A stretch of 64,000 bases of DNA from Dehalococcoidia bacterium (GCA_965262725.1 OZ253555.1:256001-320000), one strand, 5' to 3'. Positions 21,774 to 32,632 are shown, counted from the first letter of the stretch. A program made the numbers and translations. The notes: generated by a model from the letters alone, not told the origin.

Positions 21774-22027
21774 CCCGCGGACCGCCTCGCGAATGCTCCA
21801 GCCTCAAGCTCGTCGTTCAACTGGTTGAGCCGGAGCGGATCGACGCCGGGCTTGAAGCCGCTCTGATTCGGGCGGACCCGGTAGGCGGGTCGCCCTTCCT
21901 CAACGGCCAGCGACATCCCCCGGCGCAAGGCATCATTGACGACCTGCTTGAACGGCCGGTCCCGGAGACGAGCCTGCTCCCGCAGGGCGGCGGCGACATC
22001 GTCGTCGAGCGTCAGCGTGGTTCTCAT
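21770..22027 (-). CDS. VapB-like antitoxin
   Basis: MRTTLTLDDDVAAAL N-terminus; coupled to the PIN gene. Confidence 0.82.
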   Translation of the reverse strand: MRTTLTLDDDVAAALREQARLRDRPFKQVVNDALRRGMSLAVEEGRPAYRVRPNQSGFKPGVDPLRLNQLNDELEAGAFARRSAG

Positions 22028-22030
22028 AGG

Positions 22031-22044
22031 CACATCATGATGTG
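22031..22044. promoter_or_regulatory. Palindromic operator directly upstream of the antitoxin start
   Basis: Perfect 14-bp palindrome CACATCATGATGTG, 3 nt before the ATG. A related copy lies at 30612-30623. Confidence 0.55.
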
Positions 22045-22697
22045 TGATCAGTATGATGTCTAGATGCCGACAAGCCCCTGCTGCCTTCATCTCGCGCTCC
22101 GGGAGCGCGATGAGGCCGACCGCCTCGGTCGCTCGATGGGCCACCGCCGTGCACACCAGGGGATGTGATCGGCCGTGCCAATGTCATCCCCACCTGTACC
22201 ACTCGGTCGTCAGCGCCATCATTCGCGTTCATCTGTCGTTTTCGGCTGCACCCCGGAACCGTAACCGGCCACATCCCGGGAGGAGCAGCAGCGAACCGCC
22301 GACGACTGCATCCCCAGACGTAGCAGCCTCGCCGGGGACTGGCGTTCGCGAACCGAGGGCGTAGCTCGCGACCGCCCGCGCGGCCGCAGACTCACGTGGA
22401 CTGCCGGGCCGTCGCGAGGTCGTAGCTGGCCTGACGGCTGAGCCACAGCCCTGCCCCTCCAGGCCCTCGCCCCCCTCGCGGACTCGAGTCAAGACTCCCG
22501 GGAGGGGTCGGCGCCGCGATCCCGGGCCCACCCTCGAGTCTCGTCCGGCGCGGGAGGCGGGACGACTTCACCGTGATGTCCGCTACGGCCGGGGAGGCCG
22601 CCTGCGGCAATAGTGCTCGCAGACGGGTGCGGTTCCGGACCCGGCGCACACCGCCCGGGACGACCAAGCCGCGCAAGCAGTCAGGGCTGAGACGATT

Positions 22698-22988
22698 TCA
22701 GGCAGATGCCTCAATGAGCGGTTCGATGGCGCTGATGTCCGTCTTGGCCCGGGCGATGTCGAGGTCGTACATCCGTTGGAGGTTCAGCCAATAGTCCGGA
22801 GTCATGCCCAGCGCCCTTCCGATACGCAGCGCTGTATCAGCCGTAATGGATCTGCGGCAGTGGACGACATCGTGGATGCGTACCTGTGGCACCTTCATCG
22901 TCTTCGCCAGGCGGTACTGGGTGATGTCCAGCTCTTCCATAATCTCAGCTAGATGTTCTCCGGGGTGGATCGGTTCGGCGGTGGTCAT
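22698..22988 (-). CDS. higA: HigA-family antitoxin
   Basis: PIHPGEHL, ITADTALR and YWLNLQ..YDL motifs. Confidence 0.88.
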   Translation of the reverse strand: MTTAEPIHPGEHLAEIMEELDITQYRLAKTMKVPQVRIHDVVHCRRSITADTALRIGRALGMTPDYWLNLQRMYDLDIARAKTDISAIEPLIEASA

Positions 22989-22999
22989 GGGTGTCCTCC

Positions 23000-23278
23000 T
23001 CAGTGGTAGTCGGTGACGTCGATCTCCATCGCGCCTCGGTCTGTCCAGACAAAGCACACGCGCCACTGGTCGTTGATGCGAATGCTGTACTGGCCCTTCC
23101 TGTCTCCGATCAGGGCTTCGAGCCGGTGCGAGGGCGGCACCCGAAGGTCGGTGAGCGCCCCAGCCGCCACCACTCGCTGTAGCCTCACGCGCGCCCGGCG
23201 CTGGATGTCGGCCGGCAATCGACGGACCGGCTGTCCGTCGAAGAGTCGTTGGGCATCGTCATCCCTAAACCGGTTCAC
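23000..23278 (-). CDS. higB: HigB (RelE-family) toxin
   Basis: PPSHRLEAL.GDRKGQYSIRINDQWRVCF..DYH; lies upstream of higA. Confidence 0.88.
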   Translation of the reverse strand: MNRFRDDDAQRLFDGQPVRRLPADIQRRARVRLQRVVAAGALTDLRVPPSHRLEALIGDRKGQYSIRINDQWRVCFVWTDRGAMEIDVTDYH

Positions 23279-23450
23279 CTCTGACGATGCTAACGACTCA
23301 CGTTACTAATGTCACGGATACATATTGCGAGCGGGTCGGGGATCGCGCCCACGCGTGCGCGCCTCCACGCGGCGTGGACGAGCTGACGCTGCGGGTAGCG
23401 ATCGCACATCTGCGCACTCTCCAGGCACCCGCCACCGGCACGCCGCGTCC

Positions 23451-24509
23451 TCAGTCCGCCGCGGGCACGGGTTGGCCGTAGATGTGCACCGCGCGCGTCG
23501 GGAAGGCGAACTCGACGCCCGCCTCGCGGAAGCGGCGCAGCAACTCCAGATTGATCGCCTGCTGGGTGTCCATGTAGACGCCGTACTCCGCGGTCAGCAT
23601 GTGGTAGACCGCCTCGAACTCCAGCGCCGACTCCCCGAAGCCGCGGAAATGCGCGCGATCGAAGCGTGTCGTGGCCTGCTGCTCGACTGCCTCCCGGATC
23701 ATCCCCGGGATCGCCTCGATCTGTTCGAGCGGCGTGCCGTACGTGACCCCGAGGGTCAGCACCACGCGCCGCTCGTCCATCCGCCCGAAATTGCGGATGC
23801 GCGAACTCAGCAGATCGCTGTTGCCGATGACCAGTTGCTCGCCGCTGAGGCTGCGCAGATGCGTCGTCTTCACGCCGATTCGCTCGACGCTCCCCGACAT
23901 ATCCCCCGCCGACACGAAGTCGCCGACCGCGAATGGCCGATCCAGCACGATCGCCAGCGAGGCGAATAGATCGCCGAGGATGCTCTGCGCCGCCAGCGCA
24001 ATCGCGATGCCGCCGATGCCCAGCCCTGCGACCAGCGCCGTGACCTGCACGCCGAAGTTGTCGAGCGCGAGAATGAGCAGCAGCGACCAGAGGACGAGCG
24101 TCCCGATGTAGCGACCGGCCTCGGTGACGCCGGGGGCGGCGAAGTCGGGATCACGCGCGCGCTGCCAGCGCGCCGCGAACGTGATGGCTGCGCTGCCCCA
24201 GAGGCCGCCCTGCACCGTCATTGCGATGACGGCGACGGCGCGCACGACGCGCACGAGCTCGTCCGGCATCGTGACGGCGTTCGCGCCCGCGAAGAGCGCG
24301 ACGATCAGGATGATCGCCTCGTGGGTGCGCCGCTCCACCGCCGCGGCCAGGCCCCGGAGCGGAGTCGCCGCGCCCTCTTGCGGCCCGCGCTCGGTGATGC
24401 GAACGAGCACCCAGCGCAGCAGCAACACCGAGGCGAAGACACCGGTGGCGATCAGCGCCGCGGCAACCCAGTCCTCGACGCTGTTGCCCCGGAAGGCATC
24501 CCAGTCCAT
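23451..24509 (-). CDS. MscS-family mechanosensitive channel
   Basis: AGLGIGGIAIALAAQ..L.DLFAS...DRPF.VGD motif. Confidence 0.9.
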   Translation of the reverse strand: MDWDAFRGNSVEDWVAAALIATGVFASVLLLRWVLVRITERGPQEGAATPLRGLAAAVERRTHEAIILIVALFAGANAVTMPDELVRVVRAVAVIAMTVQGGLWGSAAITFAARWQRARDPDFAAPGVTEAGRYIGTLVLWSLLLILALDNFGVQVTALVAGLGIGGIAIALAAQSILGDLFASLAIVLDRPFAVGDFVSAGDMSGSVERIGVKTTHLRSLSGEQLVIGNSDLLSSRIRNFGRMDERRVVLTLGVTYGTPLEQIEAIPGMIREAVEQQATTRFDRAHFRGFGESALEFEAVYHMLTAEYGVYMDTQQAINLELLRRFREAGVEFAFPTRAVHIYGQPVPAAD

Positions 24510-24526
24510 GCCTCCGATCCTACGGG

Positions 24527-24790
24527 ATGACTGCGTCACGCCTGGACAAGGCGCGGATCCGCGTCACCTGGGGCTCCACGATCTTCGAGCTGGCGGGATC
24601 GATTGGCCGGCGCTGGTGCGTGGGGCGGCGGCGCAGCCTGATCGTCACGAAGCACGGAAAGCCCGTAGCCCGCGTCGTCCCCTACGAGAGCCGGGGAGCC
24701 GACCTCATAGACAGCCTGCGGCACACGCTCACGGTCAGGGGCGACATGTTCACGACCGGCATCCGCTGGGATGCAGATGCTCAATCTTGA
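24527..24790 (+). CDS. Phd/YefM-like antitoxin with a possibly damaged N-terminus
   Basis: IVTKHGKPVARVVP motif. Confidence 0.6.
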   Translation: MTASRLDKARIRVTWGSTIFELAGSIGRRWCVGRRRSLIVTKHGKPVARVVPYESRGADLIDSLRHTLTVRGDMFTTGIRWDADAQS

Positions 24791-25137
24791 CACGCACATT
24801 CTCATCTTCGCGCTCGGAGGCGAGCTGCTGCCCCGGGAGCACAGCCTGTTGGCCGGGAACAGATGGGTCCGTGTCGTCCATCGTGCTGTGGGAGCTGGCC
24901 AGGCTCGTGCAACTCGGCCGGCTGGATATCAACCTGGACGACCGGGAGGTGGGACGCATCCTGAGCCGGCTGCGGGTGTGGCCGATTGACCTGGCCGTTG
25001 CACGCGCGTCGACCCGCCTGGACTTCAGCAGCGATCCGGCGGACTAGCTCATCGCTGCGACCAGCGTCGTGTACGACATCCCCCTTGCCGACGCGCGACA
25101 ACATCATGCGAAGCTCGAAGAGCGTCCCCCTGGCATA
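24777..25137 (+). pseudogene. PIN toxin pseudogene
   Basis: MLNLDTHILIF / SSIVLWELA / DPAD*LIAATS, with frameshifts and an internal stop. Confidence 0.72.
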
Positions 25138-25149
25138 GGAGGCACTGTG

Positions 25150-25268
25150 CGTCTCGGCTCAGCGGCACAGCAGGCCGTACTGGTAGCCGCGCGCGGTCAG
25201 GCCGCCGAGCACGGTCTCGCGGGCGGCGACGGTCTGCGAGCGCTCGCCGCCGCCGTCATGCATGAGGC
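25150..25268 (-). repeat. Diverged copy of the 3' end of the deacetylase gene (18624-18740)
   Basis: Shared ctcagcggcacagcaggccg...gagcgctcgccgccgcc...gcatgagg. Confidence 0.85.
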
Positions 25269-25482
25269 ATGCTCTCCCGGCTCACCGGTTTCGAGCTGGC
25301 GGCGGCGCCGTGACGCCGCCACGGCACGTTCCGATGTGAATCGTTATCGAATTTGTACCAAATTAGTAGATCGGCGGCCGGGGGCGAGTGGCGGGAAGGG
25401 TTCCGCACCGTGGCAGCACGTCCTGCTCCGCACGCCTGCGGTGAGTGCGGACTAGTGGCGGCCGCTCCGTGGCTCGCGGCCG

Positions 25483-28293
25483 ATGTCCCGTGTGGTCATC
25501 CCGATCGGCCCGACTGAGATGCTACCGGCGGGGTCGGGCTCCGATCGGCGGCTCGGTCTTCTTGCCGTCTTCGCCCTTCCGCTGGTGGTGATGCTCTTTT
25601 TTTCGTGGGCGGAACCGGCCTCCGGCGCCACGACGACAGGCGGGGAGAGCAGAGAGCCGGTACGGGCCGCGGCGGCGCAGGCGAGCGTCGGCGCGGACCA
25701 GCCGGAACTGGGCTCGGCAGCCCTCGCCTCCGTCAGCACCGGCTGGCTCCATACGTGCGGCGTCAGGACCGACGGATCCGCCTCCTGCTGGGGCAGCGAT
25801 TCGCACGGCCAGGCCGCGCCTCCTGACGGGACCTTCACCTCCGTCAGCGCCGGGTGGCTCCATACGTGCGGCGTACGGACCGACGGATCCCTCGCCTGCT
25901 GGGGCCAGGATGCATCGGGGGAGGCCACGCCTCCTGACGGGACCTTCACCTCCGTCAGCGCCGGGTGGCTCTACACCTGCGGCGTGAGGACCGACGGCTC
26001 CGCCTCCTGCTGGGGCGACGATGCATTCGGGAGGGCCACGCCGCCGGAGGGGACCTTTGCCTCCGTCAGCGCCGGGGGCGTCCTCACCTGCGGCGTCAGG
26101 AGCGACGGCTCCGCCTCCTGCTGGGGCTGGAACACGGACGGTCAGGCCGCGCCGCCGGAGGGGGAATTCACCTCCGTCAGCAGCGGAGAGCTCCACGCCT
26201 GCGGCGTCGGGACCGACGGCTCCGTCACCTGCTGGGGCAGTGGTGCCCGCGGCCAGGCCACGCCTCTGGAGGGCACGTTCTCATCCGTCAGCGCCGGGCG
26301 CCTCCACAGCTGCGGAGTGAGGACGGACGGCACCGCCTCCTGCTGGGGCAGTGATGCCTTCGGCCGAGGGACGCCGGCGGTCGGGGCGTACGCCTCCGTC
26401 GACGCCGGGGACCGCCACACCTGCAGCGTCCAGACAGACGGCTCCGTCGCCTGCTGGGGCTGGAACGAGTCCGGACAGGCGACGCCGCCCGGCGGGGAGT
26501 TCACCTCCGTCAGCACCGGCCACCGCCATACCTGCGGCCTGCGGGCCGACGGCACCGCCTCATGCTGGGGCGATGATCCGCACGGCCAGGCCACGCCGCC
26601 TGAGGGGCAGTTTGTCTCCGTCGGCTCCGGCTACAACCAGACCTGCGGCGTGAGAGCCGACGACACCATCGTCTGCTGGGGCTGGGACGAATACGACCAG
26701 GCCACACCGCCCGCCGGAAACTTCGTCACCACCAGCGCCGGGGGATCCCACACGTGCGGCGTGAGAGCCGACGGCTCCGTCGTCTGCTGGGGCGATGATG
26801 AACATGGCCAGACCCGGGCACCGGCCCGGGCGTTCGCCTCCGTCAGCGCCGGCGAGTTCCACAGCTGCGGGGTGGAGGCAGGCGGCTCCGTCTCCTGCTG
26901 GGGCGACAATCGACACGGTCAGTCCACGCCGCCCGACGGGACGTTTGCCTCCGTCAGCGCCGGCTGGGAACACAGCTGCGCCGTGAGAACCGACGGCTCC
27001 GCCTCCTGCTGGGGCAACAACGAGAAGGGCCGCTCCACTCCGCCCGACGGGACGTTCACCTCCGTCAGCGCCGGGCCGCGCCATAGCTGCGGCGTGAGAA
27101 CCGACGGATCCGCCTCCTGCTGGGGCAGTGACGCGTTTGACCGGGCCACTGCGCCCGACGGGCAGTTCGCCTCCGTCAGCGCCGGGTGGCTCCATAGCTG
27201 CGGCGTGAGAACCGACGGCTCCGTCGCATGCTGGGGCCAGGACACAGACGGCCGACACGCACCACCGGAGGGGGAGTTCGCCTCCGTCAGCGCCGCGCGG
27301 CTCCTCAGCTGCGGCGTGACAAGCGCGGGCTCCGCCTCATGCTGGGGCCCGGATCGCTCCCACCGGTCCAGGCCGCCCGTCGGAGAGTTCGCCTCCGTCA
27401 GCGCTCGGTGGCTCCACGCCTGCGGCGTGAGAACCGACGGATCCGTCACCTGCTGGGGCGATGATGACGACGGCCAGGCCACACCGCCCGTGGGGGAGTT
27501 CGCCTCCGTCAGCACCGGCGGGTACCACGGCTGCGCCCTGAAGACCGACGGATCCGTCACGTGCTGGGGCGATGACAACTACGGCCAGGCCACGCCTCCG
27601 GAGGGGACGTTCAGCGCTGTGAGCGTCGGGGGGTTCCACACCTGCGGCGTGAAGACCGACCGCTCCGTCGTCTGCTGGGGCTACGATCTCTTCGGCCAGG
27701 TCACGCCTCCGGACGGAAGGTTCGCCTCCGTCAGCACGGGTGCATTCCACACCTGCGGCCTGAAGAGCGACCGCTCCGTCGCCTGCTGGGGCTCGGATTC
27801 CCGCGGCAAGACCACTCCACCCGATGGGACGTTCGCCTCCGTCAGCGCCGGACTGGCCCACACCTGCGCCGTGAAGACCGACGGCTCCGCCATATGCTGG
27901 GGCTACGAGCTAGCTGGTCGGACCGCGGCTCCCGACGGGACGTTCGTCTCCGTCACCGCCGGTGTGAACCACTCCTGCGGGATCACGACCGGCGGCTCCG
28001 TCACCTGCTGGGGTCTGGACGACCACGGGCAGGCCACGCCGCCGCAGGGGGCGTTCACCTCCCTGACCCTCGGGCGAACGCACACGTGCGGTGTCACACC
28101 CAACGGCACCGTCACCTGCTGGGGCGACGACGGAGGAGGCCCGGCCACCCGCCCGAACGAGACGTTCGTCTCCATCAGCTCCCGGGAGCGCCTGACGTAC
28201 GGCGTGCGTAGTGACGGCTCCATCGTCTACTGGGGCGTGAGGGTGGACGCGGACAGCGCGCTCCGCCTCATCGCGGAGGCCGGCGGGTCATGA
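25483..28293 (+). CDS. RCC1/BLIP-II-like repeat protein with more than 20 repeats of about 37 aa
   Basis: SVSAGxxHTCGVRTDGSxxCWGxxxxGQATPP tandem units after a hydrophobic N-terminus. Confidence 0.9.
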   Translation: MSRVVIPIGPTEMLPAGSGSDRRLGLLAVFALPLVVMLFFSWAEPASGATTTGGESREPVRAAAAQASVGADQPELGSAALASVSTGWLHTCGVRTDGSASCWGSDSHGQAAPPDGTFTSVSAGWLHTCGVRTDGSLACWGQDASGEATPPDGTFTSVSAGWLYTCGVRTDGSASCWGDDAFGRATPPEGTFASVSAGGVLTCGVRSDGSASCWGWNTDGQAAPPEGEFTSVSSGELHACGVGTDGSVTCWGSGARGQATPLEGTFSSVSAGRLHSCGVRTDGTASCWGSDAFGRGTPAVGAYASVDAGDRHTCSVQTDGSVACWGWNESGQATPPGGEFTSVSTGHRHTCGLRADGTASCWGDDPHGQATPPEGQFVSVGSGYNQTCGVRADDTIVCWGWDEYDQATPPAGNFVTTSAGGSHTCGVRADGSVVCWGDDEHGQTRAPARAFASVSAGEFHSCGVEAGGSVSCWGDNRHGQSTPPDGTFASVSAGWEHSCAVRTDGSASCWGNNEKGRSTPPDGTFTSVSAGPRHSCGVRTDGSASCWGSDAFDRATAPDGQFASVSAGWLHSCGVRTDGSVACWGQDTDGRHAPPEGEFASVSAARLLSCGVTSAGSASCWGPDRSHRSRPPVGEFASVSARWLHACGVRTDGSVTCWGDDDDGQATPPVGEFASVSTGGYHGCALKTDGSVTCWGDDNYGQATPPEGTFSAVSVGGFHTCGVKTDRSVVCWGYDLFGQVTPPDGRFASVSTGAFHTCGLKSDRSVACWGSDSRGKTTPPDGTFASVSAGLAHTCAVKTDGSAICWGYELAGRTAAPDGTFVSVTAGVNHSCGITTGGSVTCWGLDDHGQATPPQGAFTSLTLGRTHTCGVTPNGTVTCWGDDGGGPATRPNETFVSISSRERLTYGVRSDGSIVYWGVRVDADSALRLIAEAGGS

Positions 28294-28427
28294 TTCCCTG
28301 GGGCGCCACGCGGCGCTGAGCCACACCTGCGGCTCTCAGCGAAGCCGGGGAGGCCGTGTGCTGCGGCTGGAACGACTGCGGTCTGGCTCGTTGGAGTGAG
28401 CGCGTGTGGCAGCGAGTCGACCAGAAC

Positions 28428-30206
28428 ATGGTCAGGGGTGGGTTCGCCCTCTGTCTGTTCGCGGCGGTGTTGTCGGCGTGCGGCCCAGACGAGTCCCCCG
28501 CAGCCACAGTGACTCCAGCGCCGTCGACACGCGTCGTCATCGAGACCCCCTTGCCTGCTACGCCGTCCCCAACCGCCACGCCTGACGTCATACGCACGCC
28601 CAGGCCACCGCCGGTACACACAGCCACCCCGTCGCCCGCGGCCACACCTTCAGCAACGTCGACCACCACGCAGACGCCGAGCCCTACCCCGCAGCGCGAG
28701 AAGGAGACGCCGCCTGCGCCTGGCGAGCCGCGCGAACTCCCGGCGGGATTCACGGTCTTCTATTGGGTTGCGCCTTGCTACGGCTGCGGGTTCGGGGTGA
28801 GTGATGTCCGTCGAGTGGTCTTCGATGAAGAGGCGGGTGCTCTGCGGGAAGAGCGTCTCCTCGAGTTCTTCGACGACCATTCCGAGTGCGTGGCTGGATT
28901 TGCACTCGGCCAGAGCGGGCGCGAGATGGCGGCCACGCTGTGGCCCGCTCACTGCGGGGACCCGATGGCCGTCTACCGGAGAGGGGACCTCTGGCTGTCC
29001 AGCGACGGCGGCGCCACGTGGGAGCAGTGGGGACCGCTCCCCTCAGATGCCTGGGTTGTTGGAGTGACCGCGGAGGACGTTGCGGTTGACGAGGGAATGT
29101 CCACCCCCCGACGGGTGCGGTGGCTCATCTCCGGCACCGAGCTGTCGCCCTCCGAGCGCGTCCAACTGGGGGGTGAGCGTCTTCTCAGTGACGAACTGAG
29201 CGTTGGGGAGTGGGCCGGTCTACCTCTCCTGTTCGACCACGAGACAGGAGTCGCCCACCCTATCGCAGGGTTGGCCGAGACCGGCAACTCCTACATCCCC
29301 CTCCACGTCGTCCCGCCGGGGAGCCCGCCGTGGGCGACTGCCGAGTCCGCCGCCACGCCGGCTGCGGCGCCTGCGCCGACGCCGACACCCACTCCGACCA
29401 CCCCTGTTCAGGTAGCGTCGTGCGCGTCAGGAGTCGCGGTCCCGAATCCGGCCACGAACGAGCAGCTCGTGGGGGAATGCGAACATCTGCTCGCGCTCAG
29501 GGACACACTCGCGGGAACCGGGACGCTCAGCTGGAGCGCCGCGAGGGACATGGCAAGCTGGACCGGCGTGACGGTGGAGGGGACACCCGGGCGGGTGGCG
29601 AAGCTGGATCTGGCGAACAGCGGGTTGACGGGCGAACTCTCGGGCCTGCTGGGCAGGCTCACCTCGCTAACGGAGCTGCGGCTGGACGGGAACGCCCTCA
29701 CGGGCCGGATCCCGTCGAAGGTCGTCAGGTTGACGCGCCTCACGGATGCCTACCTGGCCGGCAACAGCCTGACAGGTTGCGTGCCGCCGCCGCTCCGGGC
29801 GGTGGCCAACAACGACATGCCCTCCCTCGGCCTGGGGGACTGCGACGCCCCGACTGACGTCTCCGACCGAACTCGAGGGGATCCGCTCCCGGTCGGCACC
29901 TATCAATACACGGCGTCATCGCGGCACGTGCCTCTCGTGTTCGATATCCCACCCGGCGCCAGCGTGGCGTTGGATGGCCTAGTCATCACCGAGCCGCAGG
30001 AAGGGACTGGCGACTCCACCGAGGGTCTACTGCTGCGAGACGAAGCCACACAATCGTGGCTGTGCCTCGATCTACGCCGCGCAATCGAATGCAATCGCTG
30101 GGTGCAGCCGGGTCAGGGTCCCGCGCGATCGGGCGAGTCTGATCTCGACGCGATCTTCGACCGCATCGTCGAATCCCTATGGTTGGCCGAGCGGAGTGGG
30201 GAGTGA
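28428..30206 (+). CDS. Lipoprotein with Pro/Thr linkers and an LRR module
   Basis: Lipobox LSAC; WTGVTV...LDLANSGLTGEL...L.GN.LTG.IP. Confidence 0.75.
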   Translation: MVRGGFALCLFAAVLSACGPDESPAATVTPAPSTRVVIETPLPATPSPTATPDVIRTPRPPPVHTATPSPAATPSATSTTTQTPSPTPQREKETPPAPGEPRELPAGFTVFYWVAPCYGCGFGVSDVRRVVFDEEAGALREERLLEFFDDHSECVAGFALGQSGREMAATLWPAHCGDPMAVYRRGDLWLSSDGGATWEQWGPLPSDAWVVGVTAEDVAVDEGMSTPRRVRWLISGTELSPSERVQLGGERLLSDELSVGEWAGLPLLFDHETGVAHPIAGLAETGNSYIPLHVVPPGSPPWATAESAATPAAAPAPTPTPTPTTPVQVASCASGVAVPNPATNEQLVGECEHLLALRDTLAGTGTLSWSAARDMASWTGVTVEGTPGRVAKLDLANSGLTGELSGLLGRLTSLTELRLDGNALTGRIPSKVVRLTRLTDAYLAGNSLTGCVPPPLRAVANNDMPSLGLGDCDAPTDVSDRTRGDPLPVGTYQYTASSRHVPLVFDIPPGASVALDGLVITEPQEGTGDSTEGLLLRDEATQSWLCLDLRRAIECNRWVQPGQGPARSGESDLDAIFDRIVESLWLAERSGE

Positions 30207-30519
30207 CGCGACGGGATGGCTCCGGTGCCGATCGCCATCACCGCTCCCGCGCATGGCGGGACTATGGCCAGACCAACCCGCGGCGTGCGCCTGTGCGGTG
30301 CCGATGGCCCCGCGATGACGATGTCCTCGGTTCGCTCTCAGCACTCGCGGGCGGGGTGACCTGCGGCCGCGCGGCAGTTCCAGCAGGTAGCCGCACGCAG
30401 CGGGTCACCTCGGGCGCCGTCACCGCCTGCGGACCTGTGCCGCGGCTCGGCTCGAGCCCACCGAGGAGGTTGCAGCCGGGACGGCCGACGAACAGCCCTC
30501 GGCGCAGGGCATCATGGAC

Positions 30520-30625
30520 TACGTGGGTGAACGGCCGGTCCGGGGGGACGGGCCCGCTCCTCCAGGGCGTCGGCGATGTCGTCGTCCAGCGTCAGTGTCG
30601 TCCTCATACGAACATCGTGATGTCC
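30520..30625 (-). pseudogene. Orphan VapB-like antitoxin remnant with its operator
   Basis: MRTTLTLDDDIADALEERAR, paralogous to 21770-22027; no toxin gene follows. Confidence 0.65.
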
Positions 30626-30760
30626 AGATGCCGAATGCGAGTCGTGGAGCAGATCGGCGCTATCGAAGGCTGAGCTATCGCCCGCGCCGCGCACGTGCTC
30701 AACTGGTAGAAGCGCCGCCCGAGACGGCACTCCCCAGCCCCATCTCACCCGGAGACGATC

Positions 30761-32632
30761 ATCACAGCCTCTTCCACCCTCACGAACCCCCGGGTCGGTG
30801 CGCGCGCCGTCCGCGAGGACATCCGCAACGTCGCGATCATCGCCCACGTCGATCACGGCAAGACAACGCTCGTCGACGCGTTGCTGCGCCAGTCGGGGCA
30901 GCTCGACGCGCGCGTCGAACTCCCGGACCGGGTGATGGACTCGAACGACCTCGAACGCGAGAAGGGCATCACCATCCTCGCGAAGAACATGGCCATCCGC
31001 GTGGGCGACGTGAAGGTGAACATCATCGACACGCCGGGTCACGCCGACTTCGGCGGTGAGGTCGAGCGCGGGCTGACGATGGTGGACGGGGCTCTCCTGC
31101 TGGTCGACGCGAGCGAGGGACCGCTGCCGCAAACCCGCTTCGTGCTCCGCAAGGCGCTCGAGCGCAAGCTGCCGATCATCCTCGTCGTCAACAAGGTCGA
31201 CCGCCCCGACGCTCGTATCGCCGAGGTCGTCGACGAGGTCTACGAGCTCTTCCTCGACCTGGACGCGACCGACGAGCAGATCGACTTCCCGATCGTCTAC
31301 TGCGTCGCTCGCGACGGCACGGCCTCGCTGGACCCGGAGTGCCGCGGCACCGACCTCGCGCCACTGATCGAGGTGCTGCTTCAGAAGATCCCGGCGCCGA
31401 CCTACGAGGTCGGCCACGGTCTCCAGGCACTGGTCACGAACCTTGATGCATCGCCGTACGTCGGCCGCCTCGCCCTGTGCCGGGTCATTAACGGCGTGCT
31501 GCGGCGAGGAGAGCAGATCGCCTGGTGCCGCCGGGACGGCACGGTCGAGCACGCGACGCTGCGGCAGCTCTACGTCACCGAGGTGCTGGAGCGCGTCGAG
31601 GCGGAGTGGGCCGGGCCGGGAGAGATCGTCGCCATCGCCGGCATCCCCGACATCACGATCGGAGAGACGCTGGCCGACCCCGACGATCCGCAGCCGCTGG
31701 AGCTGATATCCGTCGACGAGCCCAGCCTCTCGGCGCTAATCGGCATCAACACCTCGCCGCTCGCGGGTCGCGAGGGCGATCGGCTCACTGCGCGAATGCT
31801 GAAGACCCGGCTCGACGCCGAGCTGGTGGGCAACGTCTCGCTGCGCATCCTGGACTCCGTGCATCCCGACTCCTGGATCGTCCAGGTGCGCGGTGAGCTG
31901 CAGCTCACGATCCTCGTCGAGACGCTGCGCCGCGAGGGCTTCGAGCTGACCGTCGGCCGGCCCGAGGTCGTGACGCGCCAGATCGACGGCAGGCGGCACG
32001 AGCCGGTGGAGGCGCTGACCGTCGACATCCCGGAGGAGTACCTCGGGGTGATCACGCAGCTGCTGGCGCTCCGCAGGGCACGAGCGACGCGGACCATCAA
32101 CCACGGCAGCGGACGGATCCGCCTTGAGTACGTCGCGCCCTCGCGAGGGCTGATCGGCTTCTACACCCAGTTCATGACCCTGACTCGCGGCACCGGCATC
32201 GCTCACCACACCTTCCAGGGCTATGAACGCTGGTACGGCGACCTGACGGGCCGCCCGACCGGCAGCCTGGTCGCCGATCGCCGCGGCGAGACCCGGGGCT
32301 ACGCACTGATGAACCTCCAGGAGCGGGGGGCGCTCTTCGTCGGCCCGGGGGTCGAGGTCTATCAGGGGATGATCGTCGGCGAGAACTCACGCGCCGGCGA
32401 TATCGACGTCAACCCGACCCGCGAGAAGAAGCTCACGAACATGCGCGCGGCCGCCGCGGATCGGACGGAGAAGCTCGTGCCGCCGCACGTGCTGTCGCTC
32501 CAGCTCGCTCTCGAACTTCTCCGCGAGGACGAATGCCTCGAGGTGACGCCGCTCGCCATCCGCCCGCGCAAGGTCATCCTCGACCCGAACGGGCGCGCGC
32601 GGGCGAAGTCGGCGCGCGCCGGGCGGGACTAG
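30761..32632 (+). CDS. typA: Translational GTPase TypA/BipA (start codon uncertain, possibly ATC)
   Basis: [42 protein letters not shown] and KLTNMRA motifs. Confidence 0.92.
   Translation: MTASSTLTNPRVGARAVREDIRNVAIIAHVDHGKTTLVDALLRQSGQLDARVELPDRVMDSNDLEREKGITILAKNMAIRVGDVKVNIIDTPGHADFGGEVERGLTMVDGALLLVDASEGPLPQTRFVLRKALERKLPIILVVNKVDRPDARIAEVVDEVYELFLDLDATDEQIDFPIVYCVARDGTASLDPECRGTDLAPLIEVLLQKIPAPTYEVGHGLQALVTNLDASPYVGRLALCRVINGVLRRGEQIAWCRRDGTVEHATLRQLYVTEVLERVEAEWAGPGEIVAIAGIPDITIGETLADPDDPQPLELISVDEPSLSALIGINTSPLAGREGDRLTARMLKTRLDAELVGNVSLRILDSVHPDSWIVQVRGELQLTILVETLRREGFELTVGRPEVVTRQIDGRRHEPVEALTVDIPEEYLGVITQLLALRRARATRTINHGSGRIRLEYVAPSRGLIGFYTQFMTLTRGTGIAHHTFQGYERWYGDLTGRPTGSLVADRRGETRGYALMNLQERGALFVGPGVEVYQGMIVGENSRAGDIDVNPTREKKLTNMRAAAADRTEKLVPPHVLSLQLALELLREDECLEVTPLAIRPRKVILDPNGRARAKSARAGRD

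Noticed and set aside
17180-25137. Integron cassette array as an explanation for the TA cluster
   Set aside because: No integrase, no recognisable attC sites, and mixed gene orientations.
25720-28200. Regular repeats resembling a CRISPR array
   Set aside because: They are in-frame coding repeats of an RCC1-like protein. There are no unique spacers and no cas genes.
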